A stretch of DNA of 63,625 nucleotides, from positions 128,908,601-128,972,225 of the forward strand of contig NC_068984.1 in NCBI RefSeq assembly GCF_001194135.2. The letters run 5' to 3'. Origin of the DNA: Octopus bimaculoides. Taxonomy: Eukaryota. Below are positions 12,321 to 24,611 of the stretch, in pieces. Below the pieces are notes generated by a model. It did no database searches, was not told the origin of the DNA, and saw nothing but the letters and a program-made list of their open reading frames with translations. Both the position numbers and the translations under genes were made by a program. Each line of letters opens with the position of its first letter. Positions within the stretch are counted from its first letter, which is position 1.

Positions 12321-12624
12321 ACCTATTCGCTTCATATGTTAAAAACCCTCCATTTAAGCAAGGGCAGGTCGTACATTTACTATGAGAGCCGTCGGCGAAA
12401 GTTTGCGAACTTGCTGACCAAATAACACAAATCAGGCATCAATACCCGGTAAGGAATTAACCAAGTCTATTGGATAATCTATAACCCCTATATCAACCCA
12501 CATGCAAAGCAAAATTTAATCCCCGTTTACCCTTCATACAAAAATAACTTTTATCGTATCTACTGGTAACAGATTTCTCGCCAAAAGAATTCTGAGATAT
12601 ACTCTGGGCAACACAATATAAACT

Positions 12625-12705
12625 ACAACTTTTATTAAATCATAGACCACGACTTTTATTAAATCATAGACCACGACTTTTATTAAATCATAGACAACGA
12701 CTCTT
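12625..12705 (+). repeat. 24-bp tandem repeat x3 (acgacttttattaaatcatagacc)
   Basis: Direct reading. Confidence 0.92.
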
Positions 12706-12899
12706 ATAGACTTGAAATTGTACTTTTATAGAAATTCAATTTCTTTTCTCAAGCCGCATTACCTAGGTATTTTCTGTCACCGTTTTTCTTCATTTATTTC
12801 AAACATTCCATACAAACAACGTATATATTACGTTCTATATATTTTATATTATAGATTTCATATCTTCATCTTTTATCTTTTACTAGTTTCAGAACGAGA

Positions 12900-13315
12900 A
12901 CTGTGGCTTTGCTGAGGCTGTTGCCTTTGTTACACTTTCACTCCTTGACACTCCCTCTGATATGTGGAATTTTGTGAAAGAGGGAGTTTGTTGCCCCCAT
13001 CTGAGTTTCCTGCTGCAAGCTAGGTTCATCCGGAATTCTTGACGGGAGAAAATCCAGTTTTGTTTTCAAGACACCGGCATCCACCCCATGTAGGTCTCTC
13101 AGGTCTTTTTTGAGAGGAGTTTGAAGATCTGTGAGTTTTTGAAACCCAAGCTGCTGCATTATCTGGCCTTGTATCCTGATGGAGATGTTGGGATCATTGG
13201 TACTATGCAATGGTGCCCCGTTCTGCTGTTTGTGTCCACTCCAGAGTCCGGTCCAACCAGCAATATATTGTAAACAAGATCTGTCTGGGGTTAAACAAGT
13301 AGTAACATGGAACAG
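12900..13315 (-). mobile_element. CR1-group LINE 3' fragment
   Basis: Translation ...SRTGHHCIVPMIP...SSLGFK...KDLRDLHGVDAGVLKTKLDFLPSRIPDEP is typical of the C-terminus of CR1/Crack-like ORF2. Confidence 0.75.
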
Positions 13316-13343
13316 CTATTTTGATGTGGCGATTGACTTTACT

Positions 13344-13386
<43 letters not shown>

Positions 13387-13392
<6 letters not shown>

Positions 13393-13654
13393 GTAACAAG
13401 GATATCCAGAGGTAATGCAGTACGATCGTTTCATGCAACTCCATTTAAGTGAACAATGTAATCATTACATCAATTTAAAATGCAAAGCAACCCTCAACTG
13501 CACAAAGACATAGAATTTAATTAAATTCTATGTCTTTGTGCAGCTGAGGATTGCTCTGAATTTTAAATTGATGTAATGATTACATTGTTCAATTAAATGG
13601 AGTTGCATGAAACGATCGTACTGCATTACCTCTGGATATCCTTGTTGCTTATTT
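13387..13654. repeat. 268-bp near-perfect palindrome with no loop
   Basis: 134-bp arms with about 6 mismatches, centred on AATTTAA|TTAAATT at 13520/13521. Confidence 0.95.
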
Positions 13655-13739
13655 TGATTTTAATCAGCTTACTTTGGAATTGTATGGATAATACCGTACT
13701 AAATTCTGGTACCTCAACTTAAGTACCATATTCAACTGA

Positions 13740-13770
<31 letters not shown>

Positions 13771-14134
13771 NNNNNNNNNNNNNNNNNNNNNNNNNNNNNN
13801 NNNNNNNNNNNNNNNNNNNNNNNNNNNNNNNNNNNNNNNNNNNNNNNNNNNNNNNNNNNNNNNNNNNNNNNNNNNNNNNNNNNNNNNNNNNNNNNNNNNN
13901 NNNNNNNNNNNNNNNNNNNNNNNNNNNNNNNNNNNNNNNNNNNNNNNNNNNNNNNNNNNNNNNNNNNNNNNNNNNNNNNNNNNNNNNNNNNNNNNNNNNN
14001 NNNNNNNNNNNNNNNNNNNNNNNNNNNNNNNNNNNNNNNNNNNNNNNNNNNNNNNNNNNNNNNNNNNNNNNNNNNNNNNNNNNNNNNNNNNNNNNNNNNN
14101 NNNNNNNNNNNNNNNNNNNNNNNTATATATATAT

Positions 14135-14565
14135 GTCTTTATTCTTTTATCCGTTTCAGTCATTCGACTGCGGTCATATTGGGGCGCCGCCTTGAAGAAC
14201 TTGTGTATGTGTGTGTATCTATATATTTATACATATGCGTATATATTCTGGTACATATTCTATCAGTCACCTTCTGTTGAACCGCTAGATAACGGGGACG
14301 TAAACAAACAAACACCGGTTGACAAACGGTGGTGGGAGACAAACACAGCCACAGACACAAGCACACACACACACACACACACTCACACATATACGACGGG
14401 TTTCTTTCACTTTTCGTCTATCGAATCCACTCACACGGCTTTTTATATTAGAAAACACTTGCACAAGATGCCACGCAGTGGGACTGAACTCGGAACCATG
14501 TGTTTCGGAAGCAAGCTTCTTACTACACAGCCAAGCCAGCGCCTATTTATACATATCACTAACAA
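14135..14565 (-). mobile_element. Family B CORE-type tRNA SINE, near full length
   Basis: Minus strand reads ggcgctggcttggctgtgtagtaagaagcttgcttcc...gttccgagttcagtcccactgcgtggcatcttgtgcaagtgtttt... through the tail. Confidence 0.85.
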
Positions 14566-14899
14566 GGCATTGGTTGGCTTCAGACTACAGTATAGAGAGC
14601 ACTTGGCCAAGGTACCGCACAGGCCTACATAACACGAAACCACAAAGCTATGCAGAGGCATAAATATCGACATAACATTTGAATTATTATTGAAGTGTTT
14701 GAATTATCTGAAGATTCACTGAAAATTCTTCGAATGAAGGGAGATTAGCATCGTTATCTGATGAGCCAACGAGACGGCAACATTGACAGCTGTTGCGGAA
14801 TCCATGTTTAATCTACAAGTTGTTACAAGATCCCACATATTCTGTTCTGAATTCACTGCTGTTTGAACAATTTATCTCACACAGACAAAACACAAACGT

Positions 14900-14942
14900 A
14901 CAGACACACACACACAGACACCGACACACACACACGGACACA

Positions 14943-15032
<90 letters not shown>

Positions 15033-15047
15033 CACACACACACACAG
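14900..15047 (+). repeat. (CA)n microsatellite
   Basis: Direct reading. Confidence 0.97.
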
Positions 15048-15890
15048 ATATGCACGTACGCATATACATATGTTGTAGATATATACACCACATATATGTG
15101 CACACATATATGTGTGTATCTATATATTTATAGATGTGCGTATATGAATATGTGAATATTTAACTAAATGGCGTACAGGTGACTCGCTATTCATCTCATT
15201 TCTTGGTTCGTATTGTATTTTATAAGGTCGAATGGCGATGGATTCGTGGAGAAGTGTGCAGCTGACATGAGTCAGTCATATCCGTGCACATGCATGGATA
15301 AAATTAAATCAGTATAACCAGGCTTAATATGAGACGAAGATGAGCCATTCTTCATGTATGTACATATATGTGTGTGTGTAGACACACACACGCATACATA
15401 CACACATATATGTGTGTATATATATATGTATGTATATATATATGTATNNNNNNNNNNNNNNNNNNNNNNNNNNNNNNNNNNNNNNNNNNNNNNNNNNNNN
15501 NNNNNNNNNNNNNNNNNNNNNNNNNNNNNNNNNNNNNNNNNNNNNNNNNNNNNNNNNNNNNNNNNNNNNNNNNNNNNNNNNNNNNNNNNNNNNNNNNNNN
15601 NNNNNNNNNNNNNNNNNNNNNNNNNNNNNNNNNNNNNNNNNNNNNNNNNNNNNNNNNNNNNNNNNNNNNNNNNNNNNNNNNNNNNNNNNNNNNNNNNNNN
15701 NNNNNNNNNNNNNNNNNNNNNNNNNNNNNNNNNNNNNNNNNNNNNNNNNNNNNNNNNNNNNNNNNNNNNNNNNNNNNNNNNNNNNNNNNNNNNNNNNNNN
15801 NNNNNNNNNNNNNNNNNNNNNNNNNNNNNNNNNNNNNNNNNNNNNNNNNNNNNNNNNNNNNNNNNNNNNNNNNNNNNNNNNNNNNNNNNN

Positions 15891-15929
<39 letters not shown>

Positions 15930-16022
15930 GTACATATGCTTACATACATATATACATACATACACATACACATATTTACATATGCAACTGTACATATGTT
16001 TGTATGCACGCACATACACACG

Positions 16023-16058
<36 letters not shown>

Positions 16059-16173
16059 CATGTACGTATGCATACATACATATAGACATATGTATGTATA
16101 TATGCATACATACATACATACATACGTTCATACATACATACATGTATACGCACCCACACACACGTGTTTATGT

Positions 16174-16239
<66 letters not shown>

Positions 16240-16513
16240 AAGAGAGTGTGTATGTGTATATATATGTGTGTGTGCGCGTGCTCGCGCGAGTGCATAAGTG
16301 TGTGTGAGAGAGTGTGCATGTAGTCTATTTTGTACTACAAAAACGTAAACTTGGTCATTGAACCTTGTGATTCAATAGCGTTAGAATCCATATTTAATTC
16401 ATTTGCAATATAAACAGGAGTACGTCATTACGAAATCCTGTTTACCTTACATATTAAGAAACGCAGATATGCAGATACGTATAATTGCGTGTGTATATGT
16501 GTGTGTGATATAT

Positions 16514-16558
<45 letters not shown>

Positions 16559-16984
16559 CCGAGAGAGAAAAAGAGAGTAACAGAAGCCGAGTCGCTTAAT
16601 AGTAAGTCGCTTAATAGTTAAGTCGCTTAATCGATCTTGCAACCATATGGTTGCAGGATCGATTTTTAGACCAAATGTATTGTCTCCTTGCGCAAAACAC
16701 TATTTTACGCCGTTCTAGTCTATTCGGCTGAAAATGAATACAGCCGAAACTGTTGAAGCCCTCTCTACTCCCACTTACTACATCTTGCTTGTTCTACTGG
16801 GCTAAAGATACGAAGGCCGAGAGAGGACGCTCAACTTGCCTCTCAACTACATGGGCCGCTCAACTACTGTTAGCGTAAACTTGATGCATACTCAGTTGTG
16901 AGTAATGGCTATGCATAGATTTGTAGCTACATACATACATACATACATACATACATACATACATACATACATACATACATACAT

Positions 16985-17693
16985 CCGTCGAAAGGATAAA
17001 TCCGAAGTTGAAGAAATAAGAACCCACAGTATGGTGGAAACCATAGCCACTCATAATAAAGAGGAGTAGTGGTGGAATGTTGCAGTGAAAAGCTCAATGA
17101 AATGTAAGCACAACAATCCTGATATAATGATTTGGGATAGAGAAGAGACAGTGTGTACAGTTGTGGAAATTAGCTGCCCAGCGGATGTTAACATAAAGTT
17201 GAAGATCAGTGAAAAGGAGAACACCTATGTGGAACTATTGAGAAATCTGCAGTTACTCTATCCAGATTACAAGTTCAGGCTTATACCTGTAATTATTGGG
17301 GCCTTGGGATATGTAACACACTGCCTAAATACCAATCTTGAGGAATTAGGTTTCTCAAAACCAGAAAGGAGAAAGGTAACTCGAAGACTACAGATCCAAT
17401 CCATTACTGAAACTGTAAAAATCTGTAAAACTTTCCAGAAGTTTATCATTTAAATATATATGAGCATGTCTAGATATGCAACTATATGTATGAGAAGACA
17501 TACATATAATAAAATATACAAATCTGCACGTATGCAAGCATGCATACATACATACATACATACATACATACATACAAAAATAGCCTGTAGTTGCTGTTGA
17601 AACTTCAATGAACCTTGAATCTAGGTTAGAAACCAGCTTTGTCTCTTTTGGCGAGAAATCTTGAAATAGAACTGAATAGTGGCATAAATACAT
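16985..17693 (+). mobile_element. R4/Dong-clade retrotransposon, 5'-truncated, RLE domain plus 3' UTR
   Basis: E*WWNVAVKSSMKCKHNNPDIMIWDREETVCTVVEISCP...PVIIGALG...LQIQSITETVKICKTF is a PD-(D/E)xK RLE domain. Flanked by (CATA)n upstream and CATAAATACAT downstream. Confidence 0.88.
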
Positions 17694-18428
17694 CAAAAAG
17701 TGTAGTTGCTTTGTTAGCGAACGGCGTGACCTCTTTCAAGAAAAACGTAAATAAAACGCAAAGAAGAGTCATGCATGCATATGCGTATGTATAATAAGTG
17801 TATATCTTTATACACACACACCACTCATATACACACACATACACACGCACACACAATCATGTGCGCATATTTTCGATGAGTCTCCTCATGGTTTCCACAA
17901 GGAATCAATCAACTTGTTCGCTGTTTACTGAACCTCAAATTCTAAGAATTCAGTGGAAAGGAACTTGATCAAATGATGATGTATTGTTCGTGGTGAATAT
18001 TCATGAAATTTAATAAAGGTTCATTGATTATTTAAAGAAAAAGGGCGCAAGTATATTTTCTTTTAGTGGGGTGCTGTATGCGAATTTGCACTGCCCATTA
18101 ATGTTTACAGGCTTCTCTGACTGGTGTATAGAAGTGGGAAAGTTATCTTCAGATTAAATATCTGGTCAATTGCTTCCAATAGAGTGGATCCGCAGCCATC
18201 AAAGGGCCAGGTGTCGGTACTTAACCGAACGAGAAATTAAGTAATAAATCGTTATATGCACGGTGGACAGCGAGAATCAAAATCATAATTTGCATATTTA
18301 TTCTTAATATATTCCAGCAGATTCGAACATGAATATGCTAATCGCTGTCGAATTTCGTCTTAGAAGAACAACTTCTCCTTGGAGACGAACGTGTGTTCTT
18401 AGCACACTCCATTCATGAGCGTAAAGGT

Positions 18429-18481
18429 TCTCTGGAACACCTGGCGTTTCGACATCACTTCGTCTCTTCAGCCATCTGAGA
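18429..18481 (-). ncRNA. Type I hammerhead ribozyme with intact catalytic core
   Basis: UCUC-AGA-UGG CUGAAGA GACG AAGUGA UGUC GAAA CGC CAG GUGU U CCA-GAGA. All core nucleotides are present, with stems II and III of 4 bp each and helix I of 3+4 bp with a bulge. Confidence 0.65.
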
Positions 18482-18837
18482 TAATGGCTGCTAATCAAAC
18501 AAAGACAAATATCCCATAATACCTGCTGTGTCAGCAATGGAAGATTATGTAGCAATTCGAAACGTCCTACCTAATGTTCTTTTCTTTATATTCAATGTGT
18601 TAGTACTGACATACAATGACATATTAACGATTCCATAATGATAACAGGAGAACAGTAGACAGAATTATGGGGCTGCAACAAACAACAGCAACAGCAGTGG
18701 TAAGGGCAGTTGCAAGAATATTGTCGCAGAAGAGAAATGCCAGGTTAAACAAAATGTCAGTCCTCTAATAATTTCACTGTCAGGCAAATGTCGTGTACAA
18801 ACTATAAAAAAGAAATGCAAAATACAAAACCCTCCAT

Positions 18838-18877
<40 letters not shown>

Positions 18878-18878
18878 A

Positions 18879-18917
<39 letters not shown>

Positions 18918-18962
18918 ACTACTACAACCACTAATACTACCACTACCTCCACCACCACTACA
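18838..18962 (+). repeat. Compound (CTA)n-(CTG)n-(CTA/CCA)n microsatellite
   Basis: Direct reading. Confidence 0.93.
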
Positions 18963-20087
18963 ACTCTCTTGGTCGCCAGTAAAAAAATAACCGATTCTAT
19001 TTTTAATGGGAAGATTCTAGTCTCGAATTTCTACAGAACATCGTAAGCACGGATTTGTGTGTACGTGCAAGTATATACTTTCATATAGTAATTACATATA
19101 TTTGTTTAGGAATGCGACGACAAAGTCTGTGTTAATGTTATAACAGCTGGTATTACTGTGTCAGGGATGAGAGTGGTGGTGTTAGTGGTGGAGAAGAAGG
19201 AGATGATGATCTTCAATATTTTATCTGTCTTGCTGTTCGCCTCAAACATAAAAACGGTATTTATCTCTATCGGAGGGAACATTAAAGTTTTTAAAATCAT
19301 TTCTCCACAGGTCACTGCTGCTATTTGGACTGACTTGGTCTGTCTGAATCATTTGTTCATTATATTCAATGTTTCGTTTGTGATAAACGACATTCACAGA
19401 CGTATACTAAAGTCCAAAGATCTTTGTCTCAAGCTGCTGTATATTTATTGCAAGAAGCATCGAGAAGTTATATATTAAAGATGAGAATAGGAAAAAGAAC
19501 TCGAAACACACACACATACGCATGCGCGCGCAAACTTATACATACGTATGCATACACACAAGCATATACATACGTACACACGCCACACACACACACACAT
19601 ATATATACACACACACGAACACACGCATACATACATGTGTGTGTGTTTGTCCTTGAAAATACACAAGATTTAAATTCGAATTTCTAATACCATCATGCCC
19701 CTGAAAATACAATGGCCGGACAAGCTTTTATAGTGCGGCATGTATTTCGAAGCAATCGTTCAGACTCCAAATATTTTGCGTCTACTTTATTGCTTCGAAA
19801 AACACGGACGTTATACAAGCTTCTCCGACTAATGTATTATGAGAGGCATGAAACGAATAGCGGCTCGTAATTAAGTTCTTTATGTATCAAATGACATTTT
19901 TTTTGTTGATCCCGCCAATATCGGAACATAAGGAAACAGTATACAGACATGCACGCGCTCGCACACACACACATATAGGTTTATCAAAGAATTGGCTTTT
20001 AAAGATGTGCTTACTAAAATAGATCTATTTTCTAATGAAAGAGAGGTTCAGCCCCACCCCACATACATACATACATACATACATACA

Positions 20088-20123
<36 letters not shown>

Positions 20124-20304
20124 NNNNNNNNNNNNNNNNNNNNNNNNNNNNNNNNNNNNNNNNNNNNNNNNNNNNNNNNNNNNNNNNNNNNNNNNNNNNN
20201 NNNNNNNNNTATATATACACACATACATACATACATACATACACATGTAAACATGTGCGAATTCAGCATATGGTGAAGGTTTATAATTCTATTTACAATA
20301 TATC

Positions 20305-20335
<31 letters not shown>

Positions 20336-20388
20336 TGTATTTATGTATGCATCCATCTATCTCCCTCTTTCTCTCTATCTCTCTCTCC

Positions 20389-20420
<32 letters not shown>

Positions 20421-20629
20421 ACACATACTCACACATGCAAACACACACGCATGGAACATGCCAACATCAAACTATAAACTTGAGATATAAGTAGATACAA
20501 TGTACAACATTGTAATATATAGACTTGTCATCTTTGCTTCAGATGAGATGGGTTACTGTTTATATGATTACGACGTTGTAGACTGTTAGCCTCATTCTGA
20601 CAGATGAATCATATTTGAATATTTTCGGC

Positions 20630-20870
20630 CTCATAGTTGTGGTGCTGCCCTATCGATCGCAAGATCGTGGTTTCCGTTCTGGGCCCGGGCGGTGCGTTGT
20701 ATCTTTTAACAAAATATTTCAGTTCATGCCGCATTAGACCACTCAGCTACAAATGATGAACCCTGCAACGGACTAGCGTTCCGTTCGGAAGGAATACTGC
20801 AATCTTGGTCAGTTATACGTCATGAAAACCGAGTAACCGGCCCTTTGAGTTCTACAAATTGAGGCAGTAA
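20630..20870 (+). mobile_element. Old tRNA-derived SINE with V-domain-like core
   Basis: tRNA-like head, then aaccctgcaacggactagcgttccgttcggaagg...tcatgaaaaccgagtaaccggccct, resembling the V-SINE central domain. Confidence 0.55.
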
Positions 20871-21345
20871 TGGCAAGAGGACTTATTTTACTTTTAGATA
20901 TACCTCCATTGAATGATATTTTCCATAACTGAGAGGAAATCCTGGTGAAAACACAGAAAGATCAATAAAAGAAGTCAATGTAAAAAATACATTTAAATAA
21001 TTTAACAATGTGACATTAAGTATGAATGCATCAGTAAGGAAATGAATTAATTCGGTACAATTAGTTTGGAAATAAAGGCTTGTAGTTAGAATAAAACTGA
21101 ACTAGTGTTAGATACATATGTATAAGACACATAATGACGATTGGAAATTAAAAGGATCGGAATTTGGTGTCCATGTAAGTCTGTTAAAGTTTCTGAAGAT
21201 AGGTTTAAGTCTGAAGCGTAACAAGTGTATTAAATTTTAAATTGGAAGAGTCTTGATTTCAGATTACGTGAGAGTTTAAGTAAGTTATAATTTTACCACT
21301 GATATAATTTTTGTGAGCTGTGAAGACAGAAAATATTCATCGCAT

Positions 21346-21729
21346 TGTTGTTGGCACTCCGTCGCTTACGACGTCGAGGGTTCCAGTTGATCCGATCAAC
21401 AGAACAGCCTGCTCGTGAAATTAACGTGCAAGTGGCTGAGCACTCCACAGACACGTGTACCCTTAACGTAGTTCTCGGGGATATTCAGTGTGAGACAGTG
21501 TGACAAGGCTGACTCTTTGAATTACAGGCACAACAGAAACAGGAAGTAAGAGTGAGAGAAATTTGTGGTGAAAGAATACAGCAGGGTTCGCCACCATTCC
21601 CTACCGGAGCCTCGTGGAGCTTTAGGTGTTTTCGCTCAATAAACACTCACAACGCCCGGTATGGGAATCGAAACCGCGATCCTATGACCGCGAGTCCGCT
21701 GCCATAACCACTGGGCCATTGCGCCTCCA
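21346..21729 (-). mobile_element. tRNA-derived SINE family C, full length
   Basis: Head tggaggcgcaatggcccagtgg with A/B boxes, (CAA)n tail, and TSD ttcatcgcat at 21336-21345 / 21732-21741. Confidence 0.92.
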
Positions 21730-22317
21730 TGTTCATCGCATAAGCGGTGACAAAATAGGGACCATGACACATCTGTCCAAAACCTATTTCCTATCCGCTT
21801 CATGGAACTCGTTCCTGATTCGCTAACACAAGAAATCTTTACCGTAAGTTTTTTTTTTAATAACTAGAAAAATACATAAAATAAGACATAAACCTTTATT
21901 TAAATTCTGGACCCTAAAGTTTCGTCATTTTTTTATACCAGCTTCTAAAACATTGATCTGTTAAAAGAGTGTAAGTTCTGGATAGATCAGATAGACTATA
22001 AGTAATATGTGCAAGCTGAACTCGTGAATCAGTGCGGAATGTCTTTTGGAATAAGTGTAACTTACAAGCCGACGAATGAAGTTTTCTACTGTCACTCGAC
22101 TTGTGAGAAATTACTGCTAACTCTCCCTCAAATCAGACTTTACTGTCTTAAAAGCAAACACTCATTCGACAACGTGGCCTTAGATATACAAAAGCACGTG
22201 TTTGAGATGACTAGAACGGCTTTGATGCAGGTTCAAACAACAAATAAACAATAAATAATCAAAAGCCCACATCATTAAAATCCTTTCAAAAGTCTTAATA
22301 TTCCTATACTCTAAGAT

Positions 22318-22670
22318 GGTGAGCTGGCAGAAGCGTTAGCACGCCGGGCGAAATGCATAGCAGTATTTTATCTGTCTTTACGTTCTGAGTTCAAATTCCG
22401 CCGAGGTCGACTTTGCCTTTCACTCTTTTGAGGTCGATAAATCAAGTACCAGTTGCGTACTGCGATCGATCTAATCGACTAGCCCCTAGGCCTTGTGCCT
22501 AGAGTAGAAAAAAGAGCTGGCAGAATCGTTAGCACCCAGAGCAAAATTTCGTCCGTCTTCATGTTTTGAGTTGAAATTCCACCGAGATCAACTTTGCCTT
22601 TTATTCTTTCGAGATCGATAAAACAAGTACCTTTGGAGCACTTGGGTTGCTGGTCTTGTGCCAAAATTTG
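22318..22670 (+). mobile_element. Two adjacent family A (Meta-domain-like) tRNA SINEs
   Basis: Heads gagctggcagaa(g/t)cgttagcac; core gactttgcctttca...gataaa..aagtacc. Confidence 0.85.
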
Positions 22671-23142
22671 GATCCAATATTCACACACTCCTGTGAATTT
22701 TAGTTCTGATATTCATGTAAGTAATATTTCCATGCTGCAATGATATAAGTTTAAATGCAGACAGAATAAAATGCAATTATTTTCACCAGCACTGATAAGA
22801 TCAGTACCAGTAAAACAATGGAATTCCTTTTATTAACAATAGAGCTATCACTAAATCAGTTCTGTACCTGAGCAGAGGAAACTTAGTTGACAATTCAGGA
22901 AGATATATTTCAAAATGTTCACCACATCTTCGTTCGTACTATATTAGAATTCACTTACATCAGATACGCAGAAGTAATGAATAAGATTAATGGAATTGAT
23001 GAGAAATTTGAAATATGAACGGAAATGTATTGTTGAAATACAAAAGTAATAATGAAATAATAAGTTAGTGAGAACATAATATAAGGCACACTGGAACGCT
23101 AACTAGAAATAAAGTTTAGGGAAATAGCGAAAAAAGACAAGA

Positions 23143-23148
23143 TAGATT

Positions 23149-23215
<67 letters not shown>
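23143..23215 (+). repeat. (GATA)n microsatellite
   Basis: Direct reading. Confidence 0.96.
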
Positions 23216-24611
23216 TGGTAAGTAGGTAGGTAGGTAGGGAGGGAGGGAGGGAGATAGATAGATAGGAAGACAAACAGGCAGAGAGATACATTGGAGTATT
23301 TAATTATTCAATGAAGTGCAGCATTAAATAAAAAAAAGAAACTAGATAGAAATGCATTGCAGAAAGTAAAAACACAGGTAAATACAAAAGATAACTCCGT
23401 TCGTACTATACTATTCCTCGATGAAGAATAGATTCCACCGTATTGACAATATAAGTGATAACAGATTCACTAAGTCAATGTACAATGTTGTATATTTATT
23501 AAAGCATAAAATAGAATTGATCAGGAAGTAAGTAATTAAGAAGTATCATCTATATGAAAAACGATATTTAAGCTCAAGCTAAGAGACTGTGCTTCCCTTG
23601 GTCAGAGTAAGACAGAAATATCTTCAAATTTGTCTTCTGTATTTGCCGAATAATATTGATTTTAATAATAGTCTTTTATTAATATTATTTTTTCTCGGCA
23701 TATATCTATTTCTATTTTGGCATTTTTATGTTGAATGCATTCTTTAACACAAACGCTTTCACACAAATGATGTCCCTGAATTAATAAGGAGATCCTTGAT
23801 GCACAGTCACTATGAAAACACAATAGTGGAAGGAGACGTGAATGTAACAATTCAGTTGCTGACAGCAAGTTATGAAGAAATGTTATATCTGGTTGGAAAA
23901 GTAGGGGAAAGATGCAATAGTAGATTGGCTGCTTCCTAACGTTCAATGTAAATTGTGGAAGCAACTAGAAAAATCTTGAAAAGTGAGATCTTTAATGCAC
24001 TGGTTATAAAATGTTAAGAATGTGATCATGTATCACCTGATGTGTTAAACAAGGGAGTTAAAGAGGAGTCACTTCTCGTATTTCATTCAAAATTATCCAC
24101 ACACTTATGTACAATAAAATCAGTTGTTGGTATTTTAAAATGTCATTATTTCAAAACTAACCAAATTTAGGTGATAATTTGAGAATACATTTACACTTTA
24201 GATATTTTTCAAGTTGATTATGAGTCGCTAGAAGGAAAGAAAAGGTATTTGATAAATTTGATAATACCATGCACATTTAACATACACTGACATGTAGTAT
24301 CAGTTTATATTAAAATATCCCCAGTGTTCACTATTCATAAAGTGTCACAATAAAACAGACGCAATATTGGTAATATAGTATATCTACTATGGGCTTTATT
24401 GAGATACATTAAAGGTAAGAGATTACCATCTGTACTTTAAAGACTACTTTATGAGCTTTTATTAATTCCACACCGTTTACATTGATCTTATAATTTTTGT
24501 GAAATTATAATTGATAGACATACCCGGAACCATGTGGTTGGTAAGTAAGCGTTCTTACAACACAGCCACTCCTGCGCCAATATATATATACATACATATA
24601 TATATATATAT

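Noticed and set aside
12384-12417. GAGAGCCG...GAAA resembling group II intron domain V
   Set aside because: The lower helix cannot form, there is no AY bulge, and no other intron domains are present.
12625-12705. Direct repeats considered as a CRISPR-like array (also 49681-49737)
   Set aside because: The units are contiguous with no spacers, the context is eukaryotic, and there are no cas genes.
14754-14790. CUGAUGA-GCC...GGC-AACAUUGAC hammerhead-like motif
   Set aside because: Lacks G12-A13, has A in place of U16.1 and has no helix I. At best a dead relic.
18070-18420. Possible degraded RTE C-terminal coding region on the plus strand
   Set aside because: Only scattered residues match across several frameshifts, which is too weak to annotate.
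19745-19800. 12-bp inverted repeat TTTCGAAGCAAT / ATTGCTTCGAAA
   Set aside because: Isolated, with no TSD or family evidence. Could be chance or an unrecognisable MITE remnant.
23748-23939. Stop-free frame HKRFHTNDVPEL...RLAAS
   Set aside because: No recognisable homology, weak splice signals, and a length expected by chance in 63 kb.
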